The notes: generated from the sequence alone by a model not told the origin. A DNA stretch of 64,000 nt from Candidatus Eiseniibacteriota bacterium (GCA_965224245.1 OZ245046.1:960001-1024000), one strand, 5' to 3'. Shown: positions 1-12,635, counted from the stretch's first letter. Numbers and translations: made by a program.

Positions 1-525
1 CTCGGTTGCCCAGATCCCGTTCGACTTGAAGGCGTATCTGAGATCACTGCTGTCGCCATCGTAGTACGAGATGTGGATGTTGTCGTCGGCATCAACCGCC
101 AGAGACGTGTGGTTGTACACGAAGCTTGCGTCAACCGTCTCCACCGTCCATACACCGCGCCGCCGTGAGGCATACTTGAGGTTGAAGTTGTCGAAGTCCT
201 CGTAGCTCACGTGGAGGTCTCCATGGGAGTCCAGCGCCAGTGAGGAGTACTGCCCTACGAACGCCGCGCTGTCGATGGTCTCGAAGGTCCACACCCCCGC
301 CGCCTTTCTCCCGTACTCGAGGGTGTTGCCGTTACCCACGTACGCGACATGGAAACGGCCCTCGTCATCGATGAGCAGGGACGGAAACTGGCCCGTGGTG
401 AGGCCGTCCGCGTCCACGGTCTCGACCTGGAACGGAGTCGCCGGGAAGACGAGTGCGGGTGACGCGATGATCAGCGCCAGAGTCAGTAGTGTGACGGAAC
501 TGTCGAGTCGGGGGAAGCGGGACAT
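1..525 (-). CDS. Secreted beta-propeller protein with 'HISYYD..LKYA..W..ETVD' repeats (partial, runs off window start); paralog of 60298..63441
   Basis: Manual translation (absent from ORF track): AAGGGAG RBS, ATG at 525, MSRFPRLDSSVTLLTLALIIASPALVFPA-TPFQVETVD...SSLALDSHGDLHVSY...SLAVDADDNIHISYYDGDSSDLRYAFKSNGIWATE; open to position 1. Confidence 0.85.
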   Translation of the reverse strand, partial: MSRFPRLDSSVTLLTLALIIASPALVFPATPFQVETVDADGLTTGQFPSLLIDDEGRFHVAYVGNGNTLEYGRKAAGVWTFETIDSAAFVGQYSSLALDSHGDLHVSYEDFDNFNLKYASRRRGVWTVETVDASFVYNHTSLAVDADDNIHISYYDGDSSDLRYAFKSNGIWATE

Positions 526-880
526 GTACGCTCCCTTCGCCTTGGATCGGTTCCATGCGCGATCGAAGCGACCGCCGTTACGTGGAAGCCGCAGGCAGAA
601 ACCACGAGGCCAGGACGATATCGATTATACCCGAATGCCCGGAGGATGGTCAGACGCGGCCCTCCCAACCGATCCGATCACGACGACGTGCCCTTTCGGC
701 ATGCGACCGACTCGAGGTGTGGGCGTTCGGCGCTTTCCCGAGCCCAGGGGAGCGGCCAGAGAGGAGAAGTCCCGGGGGCCGGAGCGTTCTCTCGCTCCTC
801 GACCGACAGACGCTCGACCCCGGGGAACGCGGCCGCTCGAGACCCGGCATCAAGCCAGGTCAGCTTGGAGGCTCCGCAAG

Positions 881-1131
881 ATGAGGAACTCGGATCGCAT
901 TCTCGGCTTCGGGTCCGCTCTGGTGGTGGTCCTCTCCTTCGGGATGGTCGGGAGCTCACATGCACAGCTGCTGAACGGAGCTTCGAGGATCCGGATGCCT
1001 CCGAAGGTGGGATCTGGACTCCCTTCCCATGCTCACGGGGCGCCCCATTCTCGGAGGGGCAGGTGCCTTCGGCGCTCGCGAGACCGGAGGCATCGATGTC
1101 ACGGATACCCGGTTCTCGCGTCGTGGCTTGA
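881..1131 (+). pseudogene. Frameshifted remnant of a secreted protein (signal peptide plus 'LLNGSFE' start typical of CBM-like beta-sandwiches)
   Basis: GGAGG upstream of ATG 881; MRNSDRILGFGSALVVVLSFGMVGSSHA-QLLNG. A 1-nt shift at ~979 gives SFEDPDASEGGIWTPF, ending at TGA 1131. Confidence 0.45.
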
Positions 1132-1289
1132 ATGTTCCCGCACGAGGCGCACAGCTCTCACGGACCTCGGGGAGGACTCGTGTGGAGGCGACATGAGGAT
1201 CATCCTGCTCGAGGAACGACGCATCGCGGTGCGATCGAAATCGCTGGCGGGTCTCGATCACACCGCGACGCCGGTTCACGGTCGCGCAT

Positions 1290-4200
1290 CTACTTCAGCA
1301 GCGACATCTTCCGCAGGATGATCTCGTCTCCAGCCTCGAATCGCGTGATGTAGACGCCGCTTCCCAGCTCGCGACCAGTATCGTCGCGGCCGTCCCAGGA
1401 CGTCACGTAGCGACCCGCCGCGAGGCGCTCATCGACGAGAGTTCGTACCCGGCGGCCGGTCACGTCGAAGATGACGAGTGATGCATCCGCATCCACGGAC
1501 AGACCGAACTCGATGCGCGTCGTCGGATTGAACGGGTTCGGGTAGTTCCGTATCAGGACGAACTCCGGTATCGACTCCTCCAAGACGCCGACGGGCCCGC
1601 TGCTTCCAGTGCACGCGACGTCAGTACACGCCTCCGTGCCGAGCTCGATCGTGCAGGCGAAGTCACCCACGTCGGTGGGCGTGAAGCGAACCTCGACGAC
1701 CAGCGAGTCGTTCGTGCCGAGCTCGAAGGACCCGTCTCCAGTCACGATGCTGAATGGATCGCAGCTCTCACTGACGGTGCCGCTCAGCAGGCCGTAGCCA
1801 CTGTTCCGGATCGTGAATGCCACCGTCAGCGAATCGCCCACCTCGACCGTGCCGAAGTCCAGGGTCTCGGGCTCGACGCTGCAGATGGGCGGCGGCGGCT
1901 CCTCGAACACCCTCACCGTGATCTCCTCCTCATCAAGGAGAGGTGGGGTGCCGTCGTCGGTGACGCGCACGGCGAAGGTGTACTCGCCGGGCGCCTGACC
2001 GGCCACGGGCGTCCAGCTGAACACGCCGGTCGTGGGATCGATGCTGGCTCCCGTGGGCACCGCCCCCTCGAGGCTGAACACGAGCGTGTTCACCGGTGAG
2101 TTGCCGGCGGTGGCGATCTCGAGGCCGGCGCCTCCGTTGTACATCTCCGCGATCTCAGCGGGCGACAGGGCGCGGTTCCAGACCGCCACGTCGTCCATCC
2201 CTCCCTGGTAGTAGTTCGCGTTGGGTGTCTTGAGGCCGAGATACTCGGGTGTGAACGTGTCGGGGATCGTTCCCGTCGCGATCAGCTCCGCGTTTCGATA
2301 CACCATCACGGCGTCACCGCTTCGCGTGGTCGTGAACAGCTGCCAGAGATCGTTGACGAAGTCGGGCTCCGAGGTCATCACCGTCGTCACGTTGTTCCAC
2401 TTGGCGCGAACCCCATCTGCCTCCAACCGCAGCCAATCCGCGTTGGCCCCGTCGCCAAACACGATGGCCGAGCTGCTGGTGAGCGAATCGACGTTCTGGG
2501 GCGCGACCCAGGCCGAGACCGAGAAGTCGCGTGCGAGGGACATGTCGCCGAAGTCCACGTAGTCGTCGGCGCCGTCCAGCTGCAGAGCACCGCCTCCGAG
2601 GACGAACTCGCCCGGGAGCTGGCTGACGGACGCCCCGTTGATCGGCGTTCCGTCGTGGGTTCCCGTCCCACTGGCAAAGGTGGAGTCGAAGGGCCAGTGG
2701 GCGACCAGCCCATCGGAAAGCCCGACCAGGAGGTCCGAATCGCTCGCCGTGGCCGTGAACGTCAATTCGGTATCCAGCACCGCGACCTGGTCCCCGATGG
2801 GGTCGAGCGCCGGGGCCGTGTTGACCTCGGTAACGGTGACGAGGACGGTCTCCTCGTCCGCCAGCGGCGGCGACCCATCATCCTCCACGCGCACGACGAC
2901 GGTGTAGACGCCGGCCCCCTGGCTTTCTGACGGGATCCAGGTGAACACCCCGGTCACCGGATCGATCGCCATGCCGGCGATCTCCGCGCCTCCGAGGCTG
3001 TAGGTCAAGAAGTTGGCGGGAATGTCGGGATCCACCGTGGTTGCGGTGAACGTGAGGAGCGTCTCCTCCGCGATCTCCTGATCCGGGATGACGTCGATCA
3101 CCGGCGGTCGGTTGACCTCGTTGACGGTGACCGTGAAGTCCTCGGTGTCGAACAGGCTCTCGTCGCCTGAATCCGTCGCCTTGACCGTGAGCGGATACAG
3201 CGCTGGGCCCTGGGTCTCATCGGGCGTCCAGTCGAACACGCCGGTGACGGGTTCGATGCTGGCACCGGCAGGCACCACGCCCTCCAGGGAGAAGACCACC
3301 GATCCATCGCTCTCCTCGAGGACGACGCGACCGTTCCCGTCGTTGTAGAGCGCGTCGACCTCTGCGGGGTCGAGCGCCCGGGACCAGATCGCCATGTCGT
3401 CCACGATGCCCCCGTAGAAGTTGCCGCCGGAGATCTTGCAGCCAATGTACTCGGGCGTGAAGGGCTGGGTGTGCGTGAACGTCGTGACCACGGTGTTGTC
3501 CCGATACACCGTGACGAGACTGCCACTTCTCACCAGCACGAAGTGCTGCCAGATCCCATTGGTGAAGTCCGGCTCGGTCGTGCCGACGACCGTCGTTCCG
3601 CTCCACTTCGCCCGGACGCCCTCGAGCTCCAGGCGCAGCCAGTCGAGGTTGTCCAGGTCACCGAGCAGGACGCCGTTGGCGCCGCCGGCCGTGCCGCTCT
3701 GGATGGCCTCGGGCATGAGCCAGGCCGAGATGCTCAGATCTCCCGTGAGCGCGACGTCGCCGACGTCGAGGTAGTCACCCACCCCGTCGAGATAGAGTGC
3801 GCCGGCTCCCAGCTTGATGTCGGTCGTGATGATTCCGGGATCCCCGACGCCCGTACCGTGGTGGTTTCCGGTGACGTCTTCATAGCCCGTGTCGAAGGGC
3901 CAGTACGCGGCCAGGCTCTGGCTGAAGTCGGGATCGAGCACGACCATGCCGTCGCCGCCGTTGTACAGAGCATCAACCTCGGAGACATCCAGCGCGCGCG
4001 ACCAGATGGCCAGGTCGTCCATGGTGCCCTGGTAGAAGTTGCCGCCGGAGATCTTGCAGCCAATGTACTCGGGCGTGAACGGCTGGGTATGTGTGAACGT
4101 CGTGACCACGGCGTTGTCACGATACACGGTGACGAGACTGCCGCTTCTGACGAGCACGAAGTGCTGCCAGGCCCCGTTGGTGAAGTCCGGTTCGGTCGTG

Positions 4201-4910
4201 CCGACGACCGTCGATCCGTTCCACTTCGCCCGGACGCCTTCGAGCTCCAGGCGCAACCAGTCGAGGTTGTCCAGGTCACCTAGCAGGACGCCGTTGGCTC
4301 CGCCGGTCGTGCCGCTCTGGATGGCCTCGGGCTTGATCCAGACCGAGATGCTCAGGTCTCCCGTGAGCGCGATGTCGCCAACGTCGAGGTAGTCACCCAC
4401 GCCGTCGAGATACAGCGCGCCGATGCCCAGCTTGGTGTCGCTCGTGACGATCTCCGGATCGCCCACGCCGGTCCCGTCGTGGCCGCCGGTGGCATCCTCA
4501 TAGCCCAGGTCGAAAGGATAGTAAGCCTCGAGGCCATTGGAGAGATCCGAGCCGGAGTTGCCAGCGAGAGTGACGAGAAAGGACAGGTTCTCCTCCTCGT
4601 CCACGATCTTGTCCTCGATGGGATCGATCACCGGCGCGATGGGACCGCCGTCCTCGACCGTCACGGTGATCGTCTCCTCATCGAAGTAGGAGGGCACGCC
4701 GTCGTCGGTGACGCGAACCGTGAACGTGTACTCACCCGGCGTCTGCCCCGCATCGGGAACCCAGCTGAATACGCCGCTCGACGCACCGATGCTCGCACCC
4801 GCGGGTACGTCGCCTTCGAGGCCGAAGGTGAGGACGTTCAGCGGCGTGCCGCCGATGTCGCCGATGGCGAGACCGCTGCCGCCATTGTAGAGGATGGCCA
4901 GTTCCTCGTC
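1290..4910 (-). pseudogene. 5'-truncated large secreted protein: 3 LamG-like jellyrolls, cadherin/He_PIG-like Ig domains, ASH-like Ig domain, FlgD/T9SS-like CTD
   Basis: LamG motifs (AYYPFD...GALYLDG...WQHFVLVR...MDDLAIWSRAL); Ig motifs (GASIDPTTGVFSWTP...TVRVTDDG); CTD NYPNPFNP...FDVTGRRVRTL...WDGRD. The frame stays open upstream of ORF-track start 4697 to the tail of another LamG (DEELAILYNGG at 4910), with no start codon or signal peptide. Confidence 0.8.
3330..4530 (-). repeat. Recent tandem duplication of a LamG domain (~618-nt offset)
   Basis: Long identical DNA runs, e.g. gtagaagttgccgccggagatcttgcagccaatgtactcgggcgtgaa at ~3414 and ~4032; protein copies nearly identical. Confidence 0.9.
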
Positions 4911-5394
4911 GCCGCGGTGCCGTCTCGGAGCGGTTCATGCAGCTCTGGTGGTCGTGGCCTCCCTGATGGGCGGCGGGGTCTCGGCGACGAACAAGCACAT
5001 CGAGGACTTCACGACCACCGCATACATGGACAGCAGTACGACGGCCCACTGGGACACCGACGCTCAGAAGCTCCATCTGTGGGAATTCCAGATGACCGAG
5101 CTCGGAAGCTACGCCACCGCCGCAGGCTCCTCACCGGATGTAGTCATGCACGGGGGGTATGCCTACTTCATCGACCAGACGGGTCTCACGATCTTCGACA
5201 TCAGCGATCGGGCGAATCCGACGCCGATTGGCAATCTCCCGCTCGGCGGCGAGGGCGTCGGTGTGTTCGTGTCCGGGACGAGGGCACTCGTCGCCGACGG
5301 GTCCTGGGGCCTACGGATCGTCAACGTCAGTGATCCAACATCCCCGACGCTCATCAGTACCTACAACACCACCAGTTTCGCGATCTGGAGTTGA
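4894..5394 (+). pseudogene. 3'-truncated LVIVD-repeat protein of the 'EDFTTT..Y.D...TTA.WD' family
   Basis: Hydrophobic leader then HIEDFTTTAYMDSSTTAHWDT (homologous to N-termini at 31049 and 34595); about 2 LVIVD repeats, then a stop with no continuation in any frame. Confidence 0.75.
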
Positions 5395-5505
5395 CCCGGC
5401 TTCGTGGACACCGAACCACTACGATGTGGCCAGGAGGTCCTCGATCGAGCGGATCGCGGCGCATCGGACCACGATCGGTCCCGAGGCTCCGACGACCTGC
5501 TCACT

Positions 5506-8500
5506 TCACCGTACCACCACCAGGCGCAGCTGGGTGCTCGCGCCCGCGCTCAACGCACGCAGGAAGTACACCCCACCCGGAACGAAGTTGCCCGACTCGT
5601 CCTGTCCATCCCAGGTCACTGACCTGTATCCGGCCTCATAGACGCCACGAGCAATCGTGCGCACGTGGCGGCCCCGCACGTCGTAGACGGACACGTCGGC
5701 CGCCCCCGCTCCCCCTCCGCGTCCGCTGGAGGTGGCAAACGATACGTTCAGGTCTCCGCCTCGGTACGGAAGTGGCCATGCGGCGAGTGTCGCTCGTGGG
5801 CCAAACACGGTCTCGCCCAGCAATTGCTCCTCGCCCAGGCCGTTGATGCCGACCAGGCGGTAACGCATGCCCACGGTGCCGCCCGGATCGTGGTACACGG
5901 TTTCACGGATCAGCGATGTGAGCACGGTCCAGACGTCGGGGCCCACGGGAGAGCGCTCGACCTTGTAGCCGGCGAGGTCGTCGGGACCGGGCTCCGTCTC
6001 CCAGCTCAGGAGCACGCCGCCAGCGTCTCCGGGCGACGCCCGCATGCGCAGGAGTGCGATCGACGCCTCGATGGTGAACGATGCGTTCGTGGTCGCCTCT
6101 CCGCCGACGCTCGGATCGGAGGGGACCAGCCGTAGCTCCGCGAATCGCGTTGGAAGGTGCGGGACGCGCACGGAAGCGTGGTTGGACGGTGAGCCGCCAA
6201 CACCCGAGAGGAGCGTGCGGTAGGTCGAACCGCCGTCGAGAGAAAGCTCGATGTCGGCCGTCTCTGCACCTTTCCAGAACATGTGCGCAAGCGATCCGAC
6301 GTTCCAGGTCTCGCCACCGGTGGGTGAATCGAGATGGAAGCGATTGAGATCCATCACGCCTACCCGTCCCTCACCGACATCCGGTCTGGCGAGCAGAACG
6401 TCGGCGAAGCCATCGCCGACGTGATCGCCACCACTGCCCACTCGATCGCCGAGTCGATCCCCGGGGGAGCCGAACCAGGTCAAGTCGGGCTCACCGTTCA
6501 TGTCGGGACCGCCAAAGAACACATCCACGCGCCCGGCATCGAGGCCCGCGACATCGGAAGCTCCGGACCCGACGACCAGGTCGCCAAAGCCATCGCCATT
6601 GAGGTCGGGGTGAATCGTCAACGCCTCGCCGAAACCATCGCCCGCGAGGCGTCCCGAGATTTCGAACGCCGGTACGTCGATTAGCTCGGGGGCTCCGTGG
6701 TAGACGTAGACACGGCCCGCATCCACGTCGAACTGGTCGTCGGCCGGCGCGCCGATGGCAAAGTCCGGGAAGCCGTCTCCATTCAGGTCGCCGCCTGCGC
6801 CGAGAGCATCTGCGAAGCCAATGCCGGCGATGGGCTCGTCGAGGACCAGGCTGTGTTGGCGGCCGCCGGAGTCGAAGCCGAGAAGGACATGGGCCTCGTT
6901 CTGATTGAGGTCCCGACCGAGGATGTCGTCGAAGCCGTCCCCGTTCACGTCGCCCAGCGCCACGATGCCGCGGATCGGTCTGTCGAAGTCCACGGTGGTA
7001 TCGACGGTGGGGCCGCCGTGGTAAACGAACATCCCTTCGTCGTCCGGTTCGACCGCTCCGAAGTCCTCGAAGCCGTCGCCGTTGAAGTCGCCCACTGAGC
7101 CGACCTCGGTGCCGTACAGTGGCTGCATGCCGTCGGCGAACGTCAGATCCACCACGGGATCGAACGTCGGTCCTCCATAGTAGACGTTCATGGCACCGCC
7201 GCCTTCGGCTCCGGGAACGCCCACCAGCAGGTCGGGATGCCCGTCGGCGTTGACGTCCGCGCAGCCGACGTCGCGACCGAACCTGTCCCCGTCATCCACT
7301 CCGAGAAGCACGACGTCGGGAACATCGTCCAGCGCCGGTCCACCGAAGAAGACATGGACTGCGCCCGCATCGGTACCGCTGGTGTCGTCTTCCGGCGATC
7401 CGACCGCGAAGTCGTCATGGCCGTCGCCATTCAGATCGCGTACGTTGAGGATCGAGTCACCGAAGCGCGCGCCGGAGGAGGATCCTCGCGGCGTCGGTGA
7501 TCACACCAGGCACGGGGACGCGGGCCTCGTTTACCTCGTCTCCACCGACGCCGCCGAGCGCCGTGAACCAGCTGACGCCGTCAGTCGACAAGTCGACGTT
7601 TGCACGATCGTGCCCGCGCCAGCGGACGAGAACTTCGCCTCCCGCGAGAAGCGGGGCCCCGTCGTTGGGCGACAGGATCACGTACGGAAAGACAGACTCC
7701 ACGACGACCCGGCCGCTACTCTCATTGGGAGCGCTGAAGGCAATGTCGTCGTACCCGTCGCCGTTCATGTCCGGGACGCCGGCAAGCCCCGTACCCAGTT
7801 GCCCGTCCATTACCCGTCCGCGGAAGCCGAGCGCCGGGGTCGCCGAGGGCGGCGAGCCACCGAGGAAGAGGTCAGCGCTGCCAGCGTCGAGCATTGAGCC
7901 GAGGTCAAAGGACGACGCACCCACGAGGAAGTCCGCGTAGCCGTCGCGGTTCACGTCACCCGCCGCCGCTACGTGGCTACCGAAGCGCTGGCCCACATGG
8001 ACACCGTCGAACTGCTCTGCCGTTGTCGTGAAGAGGTCGGACGTTCCGTAGACGAGGGCCACGGACCCACTCCCTTTCCACTCGGGAACGCCGACGAGGA
8101 GGTCGTCGAAACCTTCGCCGTCGACATCCCCGGCCCAGGCCAGGGAGTACCCGTTATCGCCGCTTGCTTCGACACCGGACACATCCACGCCGCTCTCGAA
8201 GGTCGGGGAGCCCAGGTAGATCACCCAATAGTTGCTGCTCCAGTCGGACGCGGCGACGTCGCTGAAGCCGTCGGCGTTGTAGTCGCCGCCGCCTGCCACC
8301 ACCTCGCCGAAGGCCGCACCTCCCCCGGGTCCCAGCGCGAGAAAGTCGTTCACAGTATCGGGGTTTGGTCCGCCCTGATAACCGATGATGGCGCCCGTCG
8401 TGGAGTAGCCTGGTACGCCGACGATGATGTCGTCGTAACCGTCCCCGTTCATGTCGCCGGCGCCGTCTACGTCGATCCCGAGGAGGTCCCCCGTGCCGCC

Positions 8501-8943
8501 GTCGACAATCCAGTCAGCCGTAGAAACGGCCCACCCCAGAACACGTGGACACGTCCGGCCCACGTTCCGCCCACGTTGGCGAAGGGATCACCGACGATGA
8601 TGTCGTCGTAGCCGTCCCCGTTCATGTCGCCCGCATTGGCCACGGAGGACCCGAATGACACCGGGACCCCGCTGGGGAGTAGCACGAGGTTGTAGCTCTC
8701 ACCGAGCAGCGGTCCTCCGAGGTAGACGAGGGCGATCCCATCGCCGTAGGAGGGAAAGCCGCTGACGAGATCCCCGTAGCCGTCGCCGTTGAAGTCACCC
8801 CCGGCGATCGAGGCCCCGTTCAGGGTTCCGGCGGGATGACCGAGGTTGTCGAGCAACGTGCGGCTCGAGATCGCATGTGCACAAGGGCTCGTGAGCGTCA
8901 GATGTGCCGTGACCACGACGAGGGACCAGCGATTGATGCTCAT
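5506..8943 (-). pseudogene. FG-GAP (integrin-alpha-like) repeat protein with two Ig-like spacers and CTD, broken into three ORFs
   Basis: GGAGG RBS and ATG 8943 (MSINRWSLVV...AHA); many GD(F/M/V)NGDG(Y/F)DD repeats; 1-nt frameshift at ~8525 (WGGPF/STADW); frameshift or deletion at ~7480 (DAARIL/SGARFGDS); CTD YDVRGRHVRT...WDGQD...GGVYFLR. Confidence 0.85.
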
Positions 8944-9629
8944 ACACACGCCTCCAGCCGAAAGGGGAAGGGAGTCATTCGTCGTCAAGAGCTAAAAGGG
9001 CAAGCAATGAGACGCTCACTCCGCCGATGGTGCTGGCAACTGGTCCCTCTGAGACCTCGGGCTTCGAGCACGCTTGGCCAATGCCCCACCCGTTGCTGGC
9101 TCCACCTCGCACCGTCGCTGCTTCGTCCTGCGAAGCCCTCGATGGTCCGGATGCCCTCATGTTCAGAGGATCATAACGCAGATTCGTGTATTCGAGTGTG
9201 TGACGGAGGAGGGCCAGTGCTCGATGAGCCGCGTCGGTCCATCCTCACCGAGTCTCCGCGCAGGGAGTGCGCTTCGACCAGTCTGCCGCTGAGATCCCGG
9301 CCACGGGCATGAGACGACCGAGAAAGCTCGATCGACTCCCACATGCGGACGTGGCTACGGATGCGGTTCAGCCAGCGACGGGCGTGATGACGCCGGAGGG
9401 CACGACGGGACGCGGGATTGGACGCGGGACACGTCCTGATACCAGCTGCCCGGTCGAGCCGGACGCTTCCATGTATCGTGATGTCCAGTGCCTCCCGGCC
9501 ATGCCATTCGCTGCGCGCTGATTGTCACGCCGGGCGATCCTTGTTCGGCCGGGACCAAGGCTCAGTGGCGACCGCACGGATGCGGTGCCACTGCTGTCGA
9601 CGATGTCGCTTCCAGTTTCGAATGCGCGG

Positions 9630-9756
9630 TGGTCAGCCAGCGTACCTTCGGTGCTTCCGGCCCCTCAAGCACCTCACCTCTAGTGCACGACGTGCCGTCA
9701 CCGCCGTGGCCCGAGAGCTCGTCAGCTTCGTGTGGATGCTGATGAAAGAAGTGGCT
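9630..9756 (+). mobile_element. Degenerate C-terminal remnant of an IS110-family transposase
   Basis: Translation RRAVTAVARELVSFVWMLMKEV resembles the IS110 C-terminal AVxAVARELxGFIW motif; no upstream transposase body. Confidence 0.45.
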
Positions 9757-9879
9757 CCTCGGCCGAGCCGGGGAGCCAGCGTTACCGTGTGGGAGGGAGG
9801 AGCCTCGCCCGCGTCAGCCCTGATGCTCGTCGAAAGCTGCTTCTCCCTCTAGTCGTTGCCTGACACCAGCCGTTCCATG

Positions 9880-11982
9880 TCAGCGAACCACGGTGATCTT
9901 CGCCGAGGCCGTTTGCTGACCGACGTCCAGGACCGCAATGTACACACCGGGGCCGACGGCGTGTCCCACCTCGTTCGTCGTGTCCCACTGCACGCGATGC
10001 CCGCCGGCGTGCTGTGGACCGCTCATGACTCGCTTGACGAGCCGTCCCCGCGCATCATGGATGCGAACCGCCACGTCCCCGCCGTGCTCGAGGGTGAACG
10101 CGATCACGGCCCGGGACTCCGAGGCATCGTACCGAGCACTCAGCTCGGCGGCCGGGCCTTCTCCCCGCCCGCCGAAGGAGACGATCTGGCCGTGCACCGA
10201 GTAGGCGAAGGTCCAGTCCTCGAGGGGGACATCGGGAATCGTCCCGATGAGCTGTGTGCCCGCTTCATCGGAGTACAGCTCGTAGAGATAGGAGAAGAGC
10301 TGCGCTTGATTGTCGTCGAAGTAGACGGGTCCGCACCAGTTGATCGAGAAGTTCTTGGCCGCGGGAACCGCCCCCGCCGGCGTTTCCTCGATGCTCATCC
10401 CCGTGCTGGCGACACCTCGTCCCCATACCTCGACGTCGATGGTCCATCCGCCGAGGACGGGCCACGTCACCTCCTCGCTGGTCACGACCTTCCGTCGTAC
10501 CCAGACCGTCTCTCCCTCGTCCACGAGCGCCGAGCCGAAGATCTGCGACTCGTAGAGCGGCGTACCGGTCGGCTCTGCGGTGCCGCCGACGGTCTCGCGG
10601 TGCCAGAGAAACCAGGGCTCCTCGAGATACTCGAGCGCTCGTCCCGCGTTGAGTCGACCCCTCCCCGTGTAGATGTCCTCACCGGTCTCCGGGTCCTCGC
10701 CGCTGACGACGATGTTGTCGGCGGATCGTTTGATGATGCCCTCGATGTCATCGTTGTAGAGCTGAGGACTGTGGCCGAGCATGAGCGTGGCAACGCCCGA
10801 GGCCTGTGGCGCGGCGACAGAGGTCCCCGAGTAGCAGCCGACGGTCGGTGCGCCGGTCGCGTCGCTGAGATCGACGGTCATGATGTGGCGCGCCGGTGCG
10901 ACCAGATCGAGGGTCTCTCCGTGACAGAACGGTCCCCATGTGCCGATGCCGATGTCGTCGTCCACATCCACGCCACCCACCGCGAGAATGCCGGGTCCCC
11001 GGTAGGAGGCGGGATACGTCTCGTCGTTCGCATACGGGGGACTCTCGCAATGGTTGTTTCCGGTCGCGGCGACAGCCAGGTGATTGAGAAGGTAGATGTC
11101 GCGGAACCCGCTGCGCTTCACGTCGTTGAAGAGCCCGATGTAGCTGTGGTTGCTCACGTCCGAGTTGTCCACCGTCACGATGTCGCGTAGCTCCTGGGCG
11201 GTAGCGGTCAGCCTTCTGGAGTGGATGTTCGTCTTCCAGTCCAGTCCGCGGATGTACGCGCCGTTGCATCCGGTGGCCGCGGCGACCCCTGCAACGTGCA
11301 TGCCGTGTTTGCTGCTGAAGGTCGTGCCGTTCCAGCTGAGGATCCGGCTTCCGAAGTCAGGATGGACGCCCGGAGGAAACGGGGCGTCCATGATCACCAG
11401 AGTGGTGGCGCTGGATCCGGTCGTGATGTTCCAGGCCGTCTCGGCATCGATGTCCGTGCTCCCGGAGTCGTAGTTCGAACCGTTGCACAGGAACGTGGCG
11501 CCGTCGCTGTTGAGGTACCACTGATCCGGGTATCGCGGATCGGTCAGAAAGCAGGTGTAGGACACGAGCTCGTCGTCCGTCGTCACACCCGCGACGTGCA
11601 CGTCGGACAGGGACTCGAGCGCGTCGGCGAACTTCTGATGATCCGCCAGGGACCTCCCGTCCGGGAGGTACAGCAGGTAGTACTCGCTGTAGTCCGTCAG
11701 TCGCACGGTCTCACCCGTCCGCGCGGTCGCATACAGGTCCTTCGCCGGATCGAATCCGGGCCACATTCGCTCGACCTCGGTCACCCCCCACTGCTGGAGC
11801 GTCGACAGCACGGCAGGGGAGGTGACCGCGCCGGGCTGTGACGGGATCACGGGCTGGGTTCTCGGGGCGTCGACGACCCCCGATCGCAAAATGACGTACA
11901 CATGCTCCGGTGTGGGCGCCGAAGCTCGAGCGGCGCCGATCGCGCAGCTCAGCAGCACCAGGCTGCACAGCGTCCTGACCAT
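9880..11982 (-). CDS. S8 (subtilisin-like) serine peptidase with propeptide and FlgD/T9SS-like CTD
   Basis: Signal peptide; catalytic motifs LVIMD, HGMHVAG, SGTSVAAP; AATGN oxyanion Asn; CTD IHDARGRLVK...WD...GPGVY. Confidence 0.9.
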   Translation of the reverse strand: MVRTLCSLVLLSCAIGAARASAPTPEHVYVILRSGVVDAPRTQPVIPSQPGAVTSPAVLSTLQQWGVTEVERMWPGFDPAKDLYATARTGETVRLTDYSEYYLLYLPDGRSLADHQKFADALESLSDVHVAGVTTDDELVSYTCFLTDPRYPDQWYLNSDGATFLCNGSNYDSGSTDIDAETAWNITTGSSATTLVIMDAPFPPGVHPDFGSRILSWNGTTFSSKHGMHVAGVAAATGCNGAYIRGLDWKTNIHSRRLTATAQELRDIVTVDNSDVSNHSYIGLFNDVKRSGFRDIYLLNHLAVAATGNNHCESPPYANDETYPASYRGPGILAVGGVDVDDDIGIGTWGPFCHGETLDLVAPARHIMTVDLSDATGAPTVGCYSGTSVAAPQASGVATLMLGHSPQLYNDDIEGIIKRSADNIVVSGEDPETGEDIYTGRGRLNAGRALEYLEEPWFLWHRETVGGTAEPTGTPLYESQIFGSALVDEGETVWVRRKVVTSEEVTWPVLGGWTIDVEVWGRGVASTGMSIEETPAGAVPAAKNFSINWCGPVYFDDNQAQLFSYLYELYSDEAGTQLIGTIPDVPLEDWTFAYSVHGQIVSFGGRGEGPAAELSARYDASESRAVIAFTLEHGGDVAVRIHDARGRLVKRVMSGPQHAGGHRVQWDTTNEVGHAVGPGVYIAVLDVGQQTASAKITVVR

Positions 11983-12511
11983 CACTCACCTCCATCTCGA
12001 ACGACTCACAGTATCCGGCGTCGAACGGCGCGCGACCGTTCGCGTCCAGCTCCTCGACCGACCCCAAACGCAATTGCCGGGCCAGTCGTGCCAGCACGTC
12101 ACAAGTCGCATGGTGAAGGGAAGGTGGGTCGAGGCGGTCGCGACGGTCACATCGCGGAGCGGCCCTGATTCGTACGACGCTGCCTGACGCTCGTGTGCGG
12201 GTCCGCACCAACCCGGGCACCCTTCCTCGCCTGGCTGGCCGCCAACGGGGAGGGAGATCCATGGCAGGAGTGACATTGATCACGCTGGATGTGCGGGAAC
12301 CGCTGGTCCGGCTGGCGCGCGGGGGTGATTCACACGACGGTGGTCATCCTCGGATTGCTCCGCGCACCGCTCGGCGACCTCGGCGGCATTGATGCGGCTG
12401 TCGTTTGCGCCGACGAGGGGCTACGCGGTACACTGCCATGCGACCAGCCCGTTGGAGTCGGGGAAGCCGGGTTTGACGGCTCATCCTCCCCGAGCGGAGG
12501 ATGAACGCGCT

Positions 12512-12590
12512 TCTCCAAAAGGGATCCTCTCCTAGGCCGCTCTGCGCACGACTCCGAGTGCGCGAGGATCCAAGGCTCATGAGCCTTGGA
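12512..12590. repeat. Structured intergenic repeat, copy 1, ending in a perfect 22-bp palindrome
   Basis: ggatcctctcctaggccgctctgcgcac-[gactccga]-gtgcgcgaggatccaaggctc; outer stem GGATCCTC/GAGGATCC, inner stem GCGCAC/GTGCGC; palindrome tccaaggctcatgagccttgga at 12569-12590. Confidence 0.85.
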
Positions 12591-12635
12591 GCATCCGGTT
12601 CGCCACGCTGGATGCGGTCCCATTGGAGGAGCCCG

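Noticed and set aside
12255-12290. CHSCH heme-like motif in a minus-strand frame next to the cytochrome gene
   Set aside because: Lies in a start-less, non-protein-like frame; likely chance
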